Assembly: GCA_963822725.1 (NCBI GenBank)
Contig: CAWGIR010000004.1
Coordinates: forward strand, 35,471-99,470
Direction of reading: 5' to 3'
Length of the DNA stretch: 64,000 bases
From: an uncultured Actinomycetes bacterium
GTDB lineage: Bacteria > Actinomycetota > Thermoleophilia > Solirubrobacterales > Solirubrobacteraceae
Shown in pieces: positions 21,343 to 33,395 of this stretch. The notes beneath the pieces were generated by a model that was given only the letters and a program-made list of their open reading frames with translations, searched no databases and was not told where the DNA came from. The position numbers and the translations under genes are program-made. How positions within the stretch are numbered: position 1 is the stretch's first letter; every line of letters starts with the position of its first letter.

Positions 21343-23455
21343 GCAGCTCGCCGTCCTCCTGATCGAGGACGACGAGGACGACTACCTGATCACCCGCGAC
21401 CTGCTGCTGGCAGGTGGCCAGGGCCGGTTCATCCTCGACTGGTGCCGGACCTTCGACGACGGCCTCGGGGCCATCGCCGAGCAGCGCCATGACGTCTACC
21501 TGATCGACTATCGCCTTGGCGAACAGACCGGGCTGCAGCTGATCCGGGAAGGATTCGCGGGGCGCCCGCTGGCACCGGTCCTGATCCTGACCGGCCAGAG
21601 CGACTACCAGATCGACCTGGAGGCGAGCGCGCTCGGGGTCACCGATTACCTGGTCAAGCAGGAGTTGAGTCCCCAGTCGCTCGAGCGCTCGCTGCGCTAC
21701 GCGATCTCGCATTACAAGACTCTGCATGCGCTCGCTCAGAGCGAGGAGCGCTTCGCGCTCGCGGTCCGGGCCGCCAACGACGGCATCTGGGATTGGGACC
21801 TCGTGACCGACCGGATCTACTTCTCACCACGGTGGCACGCGATTCTCGGCCGCACCGAACGGTTCGACGACGCAGATCCCGCCTCCTGGCTGGAGCTCGT
21901 CCACGAGGACGACCTCGTCCGTCTGCGGGCGGCGATCGACGCGCACCTGCACGGGCGCACCTCGCACCTGGAGTCCGAGCACCGGATTCGGCACGTCGAC
22001 GGGAATTGGCGCTGGGTGCTCACCCGGGGGCTCGCGATCCGCGGTCCCGACGGCGCCGCGACCCGCATGGCAGGGTCGCTCTCGGACATCACCGATCGCC
22101 GGCGGGCGGAGCGCCAGCTCCAGCACGACGCGCTCCACGACGTGCTCACCGGGCTCCCCAACCGGGCCCTGTTCCTCGACCGGGTCGACCAGGTCCTGAG
22201 GCGGGCCTCGCGCGACCAGCGGGTCATCTGCTCGGTGCTGTTCCTGGACGTCGACAGGTTCAAGCTGGTCAACGACAGCCTCAGTCATGCGGTCGGAGAT
22301 CACCTGCTGGTGGCGCTGGCAGAGCGACTCCAGGGCCTGCTTCGCCCGAGCGACACGGTGGCGCGACTGGGCGGCGACGAGTTCACGATCCTGCTCGACG
22401 GGATCTCCTCGGGCCAGGAGGCGATGGCCGTGGCCGCACGGGTGCAAACCGCCCTGGCGTCGCCGTTCAACGTCGACGGGCACGAACTGGTGCTGGCCGT
22501 GAGCGTCGGGGTCGCCCTCTCCGGCCCCAAATTGACCGCGGCCGACCTCGTGCGCAACGCGGACATAGCGATGTACGACGCGCGGCGGCGCGAGCGCTCG
22601 CGCAGCGCGCTGTTCGACGAGAGCATGCACCGCCTCCTGGTCGACCGCCTGTCCCGCGAGCGCGACCTGCGGCGGGCTGTTGACGGTGGGCTGGTGGAGG
22701 TCCACTACCAGCCGATCGTGGAGCTCCGGAGCGGTCGCATCACCGGACTCGAGGCGCTCGCCCGCTGGCCCGAAGGGTGGCAGGAGGTCGAGCCGCTGGA
22801 GTTCATCGGGATCGCCGAGGAGACCGGGATGATCGGGGAGCTCGGGCTCCAGGTGCTTCGCACCTCGCTGCTCTCGCTGGCCACATGGCGCAGATCGGGG
22901 CTGCTCACAGACGACGCGCAGATGAGCGTCAACGTCTCCGGCAGGCAGCTCGGGGATCCCGCGTTCCCGCGGCATGTGCGCATCGCGGTCGCGGCGGCGG
23001 GATTGACGGCCGACGCCGTGCGGCTCGAGATCACCGAGAGCACCCTGATGCAGGACTCCGAGCGGATCCAGGCGATCCTCTCAGAGGTCTGCGCGACGGG
23101 GACGGGCCTGCACCTCGACGACTTCGGCACCGGCTACTCCTCGCTGGCGAGGCTGCACCAGTTCCCGGTCACAGCGCTCAAGATCGACCGCAGCTTCGTG
23201 TGCGCCATCGGCGACGGGGACGCCGACGGGGGCAGCGAGACGATCGTCCGCTCAACGGTGGCGCTTGCTCACAGCCTCGGGCTGAAGGTGATCGCCGAGG
23301 GGATCGAGACGTCCTCGCAGGCGGAGCGCCTACGGGCGCTGGGCTGCGAATACGGCCAGGGGTTCCTGTTCTCCGAGCCGTTGAGCGCGGATGGGACGGA
23401 GGCGCTGCTGACCGGGTGGGCCCGCGGTCCCGTGTGGGAGCGGGCCACCGCGTAG
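21326..23455 (+). CDS. REC-PAS-GGDEF-EAL c-di-GMP cyclase/phosphodiesterase
   Basis: REC ([13 protein letters not shown]), PAS (GIWDWD), [34 protein letters not shown]. Confidence 0.94.
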   Translation: MAAETEQLAVLLIEDDEDDYLITRDLLLAGGQGRFILDWCRTFDDGLGAIAEQRHDVYLIDYRLGEQTGLQLIREGFAGRPLAPVLILTGQSDYQIDLEASALGVTDYLVKQELSPQSLERSLRYAISHYKTLHALAQSEERFALAVRAANDGIWDWDLVTDRIYFSPRWHAILGRTERFDDADPASWLELVHEDDLVRLRAAIDAHLHGRTSHLESEHRIRHVDGNWRWVLTRGLAIRGPDGAATRMAGSLSDITDRRRAERQLQHDALHDVLTGLPNRALFLDRVDQVLRRASRDQRVICSVLFLDVDRFKLVNDSLSHAVGDHLLVALAERLQGLLRPSDTVARLGGDEFTILLDGISSGQEAMAVAARVQTALASPFNVDGHELVLAVSVGVALSGPKLTAADLVRNADIAMYDARRRERSRSALFDESMHRLLVDRLSRERDLRRAVDGGLVEVHYQPIVELRSGRITGLEALARWPEGWQEVEPLEFIGIAEETGMIGELGLQVLRTSLLSLATWRRSGLLTDDAQMSVNVSGRQLGDPAFPRHVRIAVAAAGLTADAVRLEITESTLMQDSERIQAILSEVCATGTGLHLDDFGTGYSSLARLHQFPVTALKIDRSFVCAIGDGDADGGSETIVRSTVALAHSLGLKVIAEGIETSSQAERLRALGCEYGQGFLFSEPLSADGTEALLTGWARGPVWERATA

Positions 23456-23505
23456 AGGTCGGTCTCCGAACCCGCGCGGGGTTGGTGCCAGAATCGTCAT
23501 CCACG

Positions 23506-24114
23506 ATGGATGACTCCGAGATCGAATTCGACGAGCGCGGGCTGGCGCCGTGCATCGTGCAGGACTGGCGCACCGGCGAAGTGCTGATGCTCGCCTACAT
23601 GAACGCCGAGTCCCTGCGCTTGACGCGGGAGACGGGAGAGACCCATTTCTTCAGCCGCTCCCGCCAGGAGCTGTGGCACAAGGGGGCGACGTCCGGCAAC
23701 GTCCAGAGCGTCAAGTCGATTCGCTACGACTGCGACGCCGACGCCCTGCTGGCGCTGGTCGAGCCCGCCGGGCCCGCCTGCCACACGGGCGAGCGGACGT
23801 GCTTCCACAACGGGGAGCTCGAGCCCGCGGCCCCGTATGAGGCGCTGCCGACGCTCGAGCGCACGATCTCCGCGCGGGATCGAGAGCGGCCCGAGGGCTC
23901 CTACACGGCGAAGCTGCTCGAAAACCGGGCCTTCAACGGCGCCAAGGTGCTGGAGGAGGCCGGGGAGGTCGTCCGCGCCGCAGACACGGAGTCGGACGAG
24001 CGGGTGGCCGAGGAGGCGGCCGACGTGCTCTATCACCTGGCGGTCCTGCTTCAGGGCAGGAATCTGGGTCTAGCCGACGCCGAGCGGGTGCTCGATGGCC
24101 GTCGCAAGCGGTAG
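23506..24114 (+). CDS. hisIE: Bifunctional PR-AMP cyclohydrolase / PR-ATP pyrophosphatase
   Basis: [42 protein letters not shown]. Confidence 0.94.
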   Translation: MDDSEIEFDERGLAPCIVQDWRTGEVLMLAYMNAESLRLTRETGETHFFSRSRQELWHKGATSGNVQSVKSIRYDCDADALLALVEPAGPACHTGERTCFHNGELEPAAPYEALPTLERTISARDRERPEGSYTAKLLENRAFNGAKVLEEAGEVVRAADTESDERVAEEAADVLYHLAVLLQGRNLGLADAERVLDGRRKR

Positions 24115-25558
24115 TCGCGCCGCCGCCGTCCCGTCACTCGATGAGGCGCGCGCGCTGGCGGGCGAGCACAACCTGATCCCGGTCAGGGAGACGTTCATCG
24201 ACGACTGCGAGACGCCGGTGTCCGCGTTCTTGAAGCTGCGGGACGACGGTCCCTCGTTCCTGCTCGAGTCGGCCGACCAGGGTCGCGTCGGCAGGTATTC
24301 GTTCATCGGGTTCAGGCCGCGCAAGGTACTGCGCTGGTCGCTGGGCGACGGCGGCGATCCGTACGCGCTCGCAGCCGCCGAGCTGGCGGCCTTCAGGCCC
24401 GCTCCGCTCGAGGGGCTGCCGCCGTTCGCGGGCGGGGCCGTGGGCGTGTTCGCGTATGACCTCGTTCGCACGGTCGAGCCGGTGGGGGAGCCGAACCCGG
24501 ATCCGGTCGGGGTGCCGGACCTGGCGCTGATGCTGACCGACGCGCTGGTGGTCTTCGACCACCTCAAGCACACGATCACGGTGCTCGCCAACGTTTACGC
24601 GAACGACGATCTGGAGCGCTCCTACGCGGCGGCACTCGACACGATCGCCGAGATCCGCTCCCGGCTGGCGGGGCCGGTGCCTCGTCCGAGCGAAAACACG
24701 GGGCACCGCCAGGTGCCCGCTTTCAAATCGAACATGGAGCCCGAGCAGTTCCAGGCGAACGTGGCCCGGATCATCGAGTACATCCGCGCCGGCGACGCCT
24801 ACCAGGTGGTGCCCTCCCAGCGCTGGTCCGCGCCCGTCCCGGTGGAGGCGTTCTCGATCTACCGTGGCCTGCGGGCGGTCAATCCCAGCCCGTACATGTA
24901 CTTCCTCGACTTCGGCGACTTCGAGGTCGCCGGCGCCAGCCCCGAGCCGCTGATCACCGTGGCCGGCAGGACCGTCTCCACGCGCCCGATCGCCGGCACG
25001 CGCCCGCGCGGAGCCACGGCGGACGAGGACCGGGAGATGGCCGAGGAGCTGCTCGCCGATCCCAAGGAGCGGGCCGAGCACGTGATGTTGGTTGACCTGG
25101 GTCGAAACGATTTAGGCCGGGTGTGCGAATACGGGTCGGTAGCGGTGGAGGAGTTCATGGCCGTGGAGACCTACAGCCACGTGATGCACATCGTCTCGAG
25201 CGTCGTCGGGCGCCTGCGCGACGGGGTGGGCGCCCTGGATGCGCTGCGCTCCGTGCTCCCTGCCGGCACCCTCTCCGGGGCTCCGAAGGTCAGGGCGATG
25301 CAGATCATCGACGAGCTCGAGCCCGTCAAGCGCGGTGGTTATGGCGGGGCCATCGGCTGGGTCTCATACACCGGCGATCTCGACACCTGCATCCACATCC
25401 GCACCGTTGTGGTCAAGGACGGTGTCGCGCACATCCAGGCCGGCGGCGGGACGGTCGCCGATGCCAAGCCCGAGTTCGAGCAGCGGGAGTCCGAGGCCAA
25501 GGCCCGGGCGGTGCTCCAGGCGATCGAGCTCGCGGTGGGGCAGCCCGACTGGCCGTAG
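24095..25558 (+). CDS. trpE: Anthranilate synthase component I
   Basis: [45 protein letters not shown]. Confidence 0.93.
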   Translation: MAVASGSRAAAVPSLDEARALAGEHNLIPVRETFIDDCETPVSAFLKLRDDGPSFLLESADQGRVGRYSFIGFRPRKVLRWSLGDGGDPYALAAAELAAFRPAPLEGLPPFAGGAVGVFAYDLVRTVEPVGEPNPDPVGVPDLALMLTDALVVFDHLKHTITVLANVYANDDLERSYAAALDTIAEIRSRLAGPVPRPSENTGHRQVPAFKSNMEPEQFQANVARIIEYIRAGDAYQVVPSQRWSAPVPVEAFSIYRGLRAVNPSPYMYFLDFGDFEVAGASPEPLITVAGRTVSTRPIAGTRPRGATADEDREMAEELLADPKERAEHVMLVDLGRNDLGRVCEYGSVAVEEFMAVETYSHVMHIVSSVVGRLRDGVGALDALRSVLPAGTLSGAPKVRAMQIIDELEPVKRGGYGGAIGWVSYTGDLDTCIHIRTVVVKDGVAHIQAGGGTVADAKPEFEQRESEAKARAVLQAIELAVGQPDWP

Positions 25559-25588
25559 TGCCCCTGGTCGCGGGACCGGACGATCACG

Positions 25589-26794
25589 CTAGCGCGTCGC
25601 CGGGTGCCTCAGGTAGGACTCAAAGTGCGCGGCGGTGGTGCAATACACCCGCGCGCGGGTCAGCGCGCAGAGCTGCTGGACGAACCCCGTCACGAGCTGG
25701 TGGTAGCTGAGCGAATCGGCCACGCCCGGCTGGTACAGCGACCACGACCCCGTGTCGAACGACGGAAGCTCGTGCTTGGCCTCGGCGTTGCCGCGGTTGA
25801 ACAGCTGCCAGGCGCGCGTATCGCCGCTCGCCTGCGCGTACGTGTAGAGGCCGATCAGGCTCTGCAGGAAGGCGTTGATCACCTCGTCGCTGCGGGCGGG
25901 ATCGAACGTGTACTGCACGAAGCGCAGGCCGCGTGCGGTCCTGACCGAGACGCCCTTCGAGGGCCGGACATTGAAGACCCGCAGCGAGTTGCCGGCGGTC
26001 TGGAGGTACCAGCGGTCGCCCGTGGCGGTGTAGGCATGGGCGAGCGCCTGCAGCGCGGTTCCCTGGGACATGGCGCTCGTCCAGGGTGGGGCGCCGCCGT
26101 CGAAGTTGAAGTAGTACTCCCAGGTCAGTCCGCCGGCGCGCCTCGAGGCGAGCGGGATCAGCTCCGAGAGCAGCGACGCTCCCTGCGTGTAGCCCTGTGA
26201 GCCGTGGCTCATCAAGTAGCTCGCCTTTCCGAAGCTGGCGAGCTCCTGGAGCTCGATGCCCTGGCCTGGGTAGTACTCCCAGTCGATGTCCGAGCCGGCG
26301 AAGTTGATGACCTGTCCGTTGCTCGGAAACGGCCCCGTCGTCCACCACTGCCGGTTGCGGTCAAGCGTGAGGAACAGAACCTTCAGGCGCGCCGGCGTGA
26401 GCATGCCCTCGCCCGTGATCTGGCGGAGGATCCCGATCACCGCGCCCATCTCGGTCGCGCGCGCGCCGCTCAGGTGCGACAGCGCCCCGAGCGCCGCGCG
26501 CAGGCTGGCCACGTAGCTCGAGTACGCCGCGGTGGTGATCGCTCCCTTCTGCTGGAGCCGATTCAACGCCGCCAGGACGCTCGCGTGGCTGGCGCGCGGC
26601 GCTGCCGACGCACGCGCCCGCGCGGCGAGCGGACTCGGCGTCACGGAGAAGGGCAGCGGCTGGTTCTGGACGCTCGTGTGACCGTCCCGGTCAAGCACGA
26701 GCACACGGGCAGCGTGCGCCTGCGCCACCTGTCCGAGTCCCCAGACGGCGGCGGTCGCGGCCACCAGCCAGCGAAACAGCGCCCGATGCGACAA
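25589..26794 (-). CDS. Secreted D-glucuronyl C5-epimerase C-terminal domain protein
   Basis: Signal peptide ending AQAHA; WEYYF, PPWTSAMSQG, VINAFLQSLIGL, LPSFDTGSWSLY and YH match the (alpha/alpha)6 C5-epimerase motifs; TTG start with TACACT 7 nt upstream. Confidence 0.75.
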   Translation of the reverse strand: MSHRALFRWLVAATAAVWGLGQVAQAHAARVLVLDRDGHTSVQNQPLPFSVTPSPLAARARASAAPRASHASVLAALNRLQQKGAITTAAYSSYVASLRAALGALSHLSGARATEMGAVIGILRQITGEGMLTPARLKVLFLTLDRNRQWWTTGPFPSNGQVINFAGSDIDWEYYPGQGIELQELASFGKASYLMSHGSQGYTQGASLLSELIPLASRRAGGLTWEYYFNFDGGAPPWTSAMSQGTALQALAHAYTATGDRWYLQTAGNSLRVFNVRPSKGVSVRTARGLRFVQYTFDPARSDEVINAFLQSLIGLYTYAQASGDTRAWQLFNRGNAEAKHELPSFDTGSWSLYQPGVADSLSYHQLVTGFVQQLCALTRARVYCTTAAHFESYLRHPATR

Positions 26795-26932
26795 GCGCGG
26801 CAGTGTAGAGCGTGCCCGTACGCCTCCCCTGCATCTGTGGCTGTAGCTCACCTCCGGTACAACACGCCGCCGTGCGGATCGGAGCGCGGGGCCCGGCCCC
26901 CGACGCGTGGCCACGTTACCTTTGGACCCGCT

Positions 26933-27499
26933 GTGCGGGTCCTCGTGATCGACAATTACGACAGCTTCACCTACAACCTGGTCCAATACCTCGGCGAGCT
27001 CGGCGCGGAGATCGAGGTCGTCCGCAACGACCACGCCACGGCCGAGGATCTGCTGATCCGGGGCTATGACCGGATGATCGTCTCCCCGGGGCCGTGCACC
27101 CCGAACGAGGCCGGAATTTCATTAGACGCCGTACGGCGATTCCCGCTGGCGAAGATTCCCACCCTGGGCGTATGCCTCGGCCACCAGGCGCTCGTCCAGG
27201 CATGGGGCGGGAAGGTCGTGGTCGGCGAGCCCGTGCACGGCAAGACGATCGCGATCGAGCACGACGGCCGCACGATCTTCCGCGGCCTGCGCGACCCGCT
27301 CGAGGTCGGTCGCTACCACTCCCTGATCGTGGATCCGGCACTGCCCGAGGGCTTGGAGCAAAGCGCGGCCGGAGCGGGGATCGTGATGGCCGTCCGTCAC
27401 CGTGAGCTGCCGGCCGAGGGAGTGCAGTTCCACCCGGAGTCAGTTCTCACCGAGCAGGGGCGCGACCTGCTCGCGAACTTCCTGGAGGGGACGCGATGA
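26933..27499 (+). CDS. trpG: Anthranilate synthase component II (glutamine amidotransferase)
   Basis: IDNYDSFTYNL, SPGP, GVCLGHQ, RYHSL, QFHPES. Confidence 0.92.
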   Translation: MRVLVIDNYDSFTYNLVQYLGELGAEIEVVRNDHATAEDLLIRGYDRMIVSPGPCTPNEAGISLDAVRRFPLAKIPTLGVCLGHQALVQAWGGKVVVGEPVHGKTIAIEHDGRTIFRGLRDPLEVGRYHSLIVDPALPEGLEQSAAGAGIVMAVRHRELPAEGVQFHPESVLTEQGRDLLANFLEGTR

Positions 27500-28539
27500 A
27501 CGATCTCATCACCCGTTCGATCGACGCCCTGAGCAGCGGAACCGATTTGAGTCTCGAGCAGTCCGCCGCGGTCCTGCGCGAGATCATGGCCGGGAATGCG
27601 ACCGAGATCCAGATCGCGGGCTTCCTGGTTGCGCTGCGGACGAAGGGGGAGACGGTCGACGAGCTGGCCGGGCTGGCCCGGACGATGCGTGCGCTGGCGA
27701 CGCCCGTGCGGGTCGCAAACGACGATCTGCTCGATACCGCCGGGACCGGTGGCGGCAGGCGTACGTTCAACGTCTCCACGACGGCGGCGCTGATCGCCGC
27801 CGCCGCGGGCTGCACCGTGGCCAAGCACGGCAACCGGTCCGCGACCGGGCTCTCGGGCTCGGCGGATGTGCTCGAAGCGCTTGGGGCCAGGATCGACCTG
27901 GATCCCCGGGCGGTCGCGGTCTGCATCGAGGAGATCGGGTTCGGGTTCATGTTCGCTCCCGCGCACCACCAGGCGACGCGGTATGTGGTTCCGGTCCGCA
28001 GGGAGCTCGGGGTCAGGACGATCTTCAACTTCCTCGGTCCGCTCACGAACCCCGCCGGCGCGACCCGGCAGCTGATCGGCGTCTCCGAGCCGTCGTACCT
28101 GGAGACGATGGCCGGCGCACTGGCGCGCCTGGGGACGCGGCACGCGCTGCTCGTCTCGGGCGAGGACGGCCTCGACGAGCTCAGCATCTCGGCCCCCACG
28201 CTGGTTGTCGAAGTCGTCGGCGAGTCGATTGAGAGCTACACCGTCGATCCCTCCCAGTTCGGCCTCGAGCGGGCCCCGGCCGACGCCATCTCGGGGGGAG
28301 ACCCCGCCCAGAACGCCGAGACCACCCGTCGCATCTTCGGCGGGGAGCGCGACGCAGCTCGCGACCTGGCGGTGCTCAACGCCGGCGCGGCGATCTATGC
28401 GGGGGGCGGAGCCGAGTCGCTCGAGCAGGGCGTCCGCGCCGGCGAGCGGGCGATCGACTCCGGGGCGGCGGCGGCCGCGCTCGAGCGGTTCATCGCCCGC
28501 ACGCGCGAGCTCGCCCCGGCGGAAGCCGGCAAGCGATGA
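27496..28539 (+). CDS. trpD: Anthranilate phosphoribosyltransferase
   Basis: DTAGTGG, FNVST, KHGNR, GSADVLEALG, GPLTNP, DGLDE. Confidence 0.96.
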   Translation: MNDLITRSIDALSSGTDLSLEQSAAVLREIMAGNATEIQIAGFLVALRTKGETVDELAGLARTMRALATPVRVANDDLLDTAGTGGGRRTFNVSTTAALIAAAAGCTVAKHGNRSATGLSGSADVLEALGARIDLDPRAVAVCIEEIGFGFMFAPAHHQATRYVVPVRRELGVRTIFNFLGPLTNPAGATRQLIGVSEPSYLETMAGALARLGTRHALLVSGEDGLDELSISAPTLVVEVVGESIESYTVDPSQFGLERAPADAISGGDPAQNAETTRRIFGGERDAARDLAVLNAGAAIYAGGGAESLEQGVRAGERAIDSGAAAAALERFIARTRELAPAEAGKR

Positions 28540-29306
28540 ACGAGCTCGAGCGGATCGTCGCGGTCACGAGGGAGGAGGTCGCGCGGCGCCGGCGGGATGC
28601 GCCGCAGCCCGAGCCCGGGGAGCGCGCTCCCCGGGGTGACGCCTTTCGGGCCGCTGTGAGGCGCCCGGGGATCTCCCTGATCGCCGAGCACAAGCGGCGC
28701 TCGCCCTCGGCGGGCGTGATCCGCGACGGGGCCGCGGTCGAAGATGTGATCCGTGCCTACGAGCGCGGTGGGGCTGCGGCGCTCTCGATCCTCACCGACG
28801 GGCCCAGCTTCGGGGGCTCGCTCGACGACCTTCGCCAAGCCCGTTCCGTAAGCGAGCTCCCGATTCTGCGCAAGGACTTCATCGTCGACCCCTACCAGCT
28901 GGAAGAGGCCGCCGCGGCGGGAGCGGACGCCGTGTTGCTGATCGTCGCGGCGCTCGAGCCTCGGACGCTGCGCGCGCTGCACGAGCGGGCGCTCGAGCTC
29001 GGCCTGGCGGTGCTCGTCGAGGTCCACTCGCAGCCCGAGCTGGATCGGGCGCTCGCGGCGGACGCCGAGCTGATCGGGATCAACAACCGAGATCTCAAGA
29101 CCCTGTCGGTCGACACGCGAACAACGTTCGAGCTGCGCTCCCAGGTCCCGGCCGGGAAGCTCGTGGTGGCGGAGTCGGGGTTCTCGCGCCGCGACCAGCT
29201 CGAGGAGCTGGCCGGCGCCGGGGTGGACGCAGTCCTGATCGGCGAGGCGCTGATGCGCTCGGAGGACATCGAGGGAGCAGCTCGGAAGCTGACCGCCTCG
29301 ATGTAG
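28536..29306 (+). CDS. trpC: Indole-3-glycerol phosphate synthase
   Basis: IAEHKRRSPS, LRKDFI, GINNRDL, AESG. Confidence 0.96.
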   Translation: MNELERIVAVTREEVARRRRDAPQPEPGERAPRGDAFRAAVRRPGISLIAEHKRRSPSAGVIRDGAAVEDVIRAYERGGAAALSILTDGPSFGGSLDDLRQARSVSELPILRKDFIVDPYQLEEAAAAGADAVLLIVAALEPRTLRALHERALELGLAVLVEVHSQPELDRALAADAELIGINNRDLKTLSVDTRTTFELRSQVPAGKLVVAESGFSRRDQLEELAGAGVDAVLIGEALMRSEDIEGAARKLTASM

Positions 29307-29333
29307 TGCTAGGCGGCCCCTAGCATGTGGCAC

Positions 29334-30028
29334 GTGGCCGAGTCGCCCCCCAAAATCAAGTTCTGCGGGATCACCTCCCTGGCCGACGCGCGTGAGGCGC
29401 TCGACGCGGGCGCCTGGGCGATCGGGCTGATCTTCTGGCCGGGCTCCCCGCGCCGATGCGACCCCGCCGCGGCGGCGGAGATCGCCGCCGCGCTCAAGCG
29501 CCGAGTCGAGGTCGTCGGCGTGTTCGTCAATCCCACGCTCGATCAACTCGCGAGGACCGCCGATGCGGTCGGCCTGACCATGGTCCAGCTGCACGGCGAC
29601 GAAGGCCCGTCGTTCTGCGCCGAGGCCGGGCGGCGCACAGGCTGCAAGGTGATCAAGGCGGCGCGCGTTCACAGCCGCGCCGACATCCAGGGCCTGAAGC
29701 CGTTTCACACCGATTACCACCTGCTCGACAGCCACGTGCCAGGCCAGCGCGGCGGCAGCGGCGAGACCTTCGAGTGGGAGCTCGCCCGGGGCCACCATGA
29801 GTCGGTGCCGCTGATCCTCTCCGGGGGGCTCAGCCCGGACAACGTCGGGGCGGCGATCGAAGCGGTGCGGCCGTTTGCGGTCGATGTCGCGAGCGGAGTC
29901 GAGGCCGCCCCGGGCCGCAAGGATCCCGAGAAGCTGGAAGCGTTCGCCGCGGCCGTGCGGTCGGCCGGTTCGGGCGGCGCTCCTGCCGGGCCGGCCGGGT
30001 CTCCCGCCGGAGCCGCTGCGGCGCCGCG

Positions 30029-30032
<4 letters not shown>
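29334..30032 (+). CDS. trpF: Phosphoribosylanthranilate isomerase (start 29334 or 29325)
   Basis: KFCGIT, QLHGDE, GGSG..F.W, LSGGL, DVASGVE...KD. Confidence 0.94.
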
Positions 30033-31200
<1,168 letters not shown>

Positions 31201-31204
<4 letters not shown>

Positions 31205-32040
31205 GCGCCGCCGCGGGCGCGGCCGGCGCCGAGCGGATCGCTGCAGCGTTCCGGGCCGCGCGCGCGGACGGACGCCGGGCGGCGCTGATGCCGTACCTGA
31301 TGGGCGGGTTCCCCACCCTGGAGGTGTCGCTCGAGGTCGGCCGCGCATGCGGGCGGGCGGGCGCGGATCTGCTCGAGGTGGGAGTGCCCTTCTCCGATCC
31401 GCTCGCGGATGGGCCCGTGATCCATGCCGCTGGAACGTCCGCCCTGCGAGCCGGGGCCAGCGTCCACCGCGTGCTCGAGGTCGCCGGAGCGATCGCCGTG
31501 GACGGCCCCCCCGTGGTGGTCATGTGCTACGCGAACCAGATCTTCAGCCGCGGTCTGGAGCGGTTTGCGGACACACTCGTGGGGCAAGGGATCAGCGGGC
31601 TGATCGTCCCCGATCTCCCCCTGGAGGAGGCGGCCGATGCCCTGCGTGTGTGCGACGAGCGCCGCTTGGCGCTCGTTCCACTGGTGGCGCCGACGACGCC
31701 CGAGGAGCGGCTCGCGGAGATCGGCGAGCGAGGCCGGGGCTTTCTCTACGCGGTCTCGGTGATGGGTACGACGGGGGAGCGCGCGAGCGTCGCCGACACC
31801 CTGCCCGAGCTGATCGCCCGGGCCCGGCGGCACGCGGCGGTCCCCGTCGCGGTCGGCTTCGGGATCGCCACGCCACCGCAGGCGGCCGGGGCCGCCGACG
31901 CGGGCGCGGACGGGGTGATCGTCGGGAGCCGGCTCGTGCGGGCAGCCGGCGAGGCCGATGATCCGGCCGCGGCCGTGGGCGCGCTGGTGGAGGAATTTTC
32001 GGCGGCGCTCGGATCGGGCGTCCCGACGGCGAGCGAGTAG
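31201..32040 (+). CDS. trpA: Tryptophan synthase alpha
   Basis: [36 protein letters not shown]. Confidence 0.96.
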
Positions 32041-32052
32041 GATCCCCGGGCC

Positions 32053-32214
32053 ATGGGGTTGATTCTCACCGCCACGGCAGGTCTGTGCCTCTGGATCATC
32101 CTGTGGTCTCTGAACGTGAAGGGATTCGACGGGATCCTGATCGCCGGCCTCATGGTCGTGATCGCGATCGGCGTCCGGAACCTGCTGCCGTTCCTGCCGG
32201 GACGCCGGGAGTAG
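32053..32214 (+). CDS. 53-aa two-TM small membrane protein (below the ORF-track cutoff)
   Basis: MGLILTATAGLCLWIILWSLNVKGFDGILIAGLMVVIAIGVRNLLPFLPGRRE* fills the gap between trpA and the first binding protein; GC-rich third codon positions. Confidence 0.7.
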   Translation: MGLILTATAGLCLWIILWSLNVKGFDGILIAGLMVVIAIGVRNLLPFLPGRRE

Positions 32215-32225
32215 AGCTCCCCGCG

Positions 32226-33395
32226 ATGCATGGCGTGACGCGGCTGTGGGGCCGCCGGTTGGCGCTCGCGGTCGGACTCGCCGGAGCTGCCGCGACCTCG
32301 ATGGGCGTATCCCGCTGCGGCGGGTCGAGCAGCTCGACGGTCACCGTCAGCGGTAGCACGCTGGCGATCTACGCGAGCGCCCCTCCCGGGACCGGGTCCC
32401 AGGATCTGATCGATGCCGAGCGGCTGGCGCTGAGCCAGTCCGGCTCGAAGGTGGCGAACTTCACGATCCGGTTCGTGCAGCTTTCTCGCCGCCCGTCTGA
32501 CAACGCGCGTACCGCGATCCAGGACACGAGCGCGATCGCCTACCTGGGAGAAACTCAGCCGGGAGCCTCGGCCGACTCGATCGGGATCAATGAGGACCAG
32601 GACCTGCTCCAGGTGAGCCCGACCGACACGGCGATCGCCCTGACGCGATCCACCCCGGCGGTCCGGGGCGCGCCGAAGAGCTACTACGAGAACTTCTCCA
32701 ACTACGGCCGGACGTTCGCGCGCGTCGTGCCGTCCGCCGCCGCGGAGGCCAGCGCCCAGGTGCGGCTGATGCAGTCGCTTGGCGTCAAGAAGCTGTACGT
32801 CGCCGAGGACGCATCCGACTACGGCAAGGCGATCGCGTACGCGGTCAGACAGGACGCCTCGCAGGCGGGGATCTCCGCAGCGGCTGGTCCGCTCACCGCG
32901 GCGAGCTTCACCGCCTCCGGCGCGGACGCGCTGTTCCTCGGTGCATCCGCCGGAGCCGCCACCCGAGCGGCGGCACTGGCTGCGCAGGCCGGCGCGCGCG
33001 TGAAGCTGTTCGCGCCCTCCGCGCTGGCCTCGGCAGCACTGCCCGCAGGGACGTACGTCTCACAGCCCGGCTTCCCGTCCAAGAACGTCTCCGCCTCCGC
33101 GCAGACGCAGTTCGTCAAGCCCTTCGAGTCAGCCTACGGGCATGCTCCCTCCACCGAGGCGATCTTCGGCTACGAGGCCATGTCGGCCGTGCTCGCGGTG
33201 CTCCGAGAGGCGGGCACGAAGGCGAACGATCGCTCCACGGTGGTGCACGACTTCTTCGGACTGAAGCGGAGCCGGTCGGTGCTCGGCAGCTACTCGATCG
33301 ACTCCGACGGCGACACCAGCGTCGCGCCGTTCGCGTTCAGCCGCCTCCGCTCCGGGACCCTGGTCCCGTACAAGTTCGTCCAAGCGTCCCCTTGA
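32226..33395 (+). CDS. LivK/LivJ-family ABC substrate-binding protein (divergent copy 1)
   Basis: QVSPT, RTFARVVP, FGYEAM, SVLGSYSIDSDGDT. Confidence 0.82.
   Translation: MHGVTRLWGRRLALAVGLAGAAATSMGVSRCGGSSSSTVTVSGSTLAIYASAPPGTGSQDLIDAERLALSQSGSKVANFTIRFVQLSRRPSDNARTAIQDTSAIAYLGETQPGASADSIGINEDQDLLQVSPTDTAIALTRSTPAVRGAPKSYYENFSNYGRTFARVVPSAAAEASAQVRLMQSLGVKKLYVAEDASDYGKAIAYAVRQDASQAGISAAAGPLTAASFTASGADALFLGASAGAATRAAALAAQAGARVKLFAPSALASAALPAGTYVSQPGFPSKNVSASAQTQFVKPFESAYGHAPSTEAIFGYEAMSAVLAVLREAGTKANDRSTVVHDFFGLKRSRSVLGSYSIDSDGDTSVAPFAFSRLRSGTLVPYKFVQASP

Noticed and set aside
23456-24095. trp or his attenuator, or T-box leader
   Set aside because: No Trp- or His-rich leader peptide or T-box motif; trpE directly overlaps hisIE.
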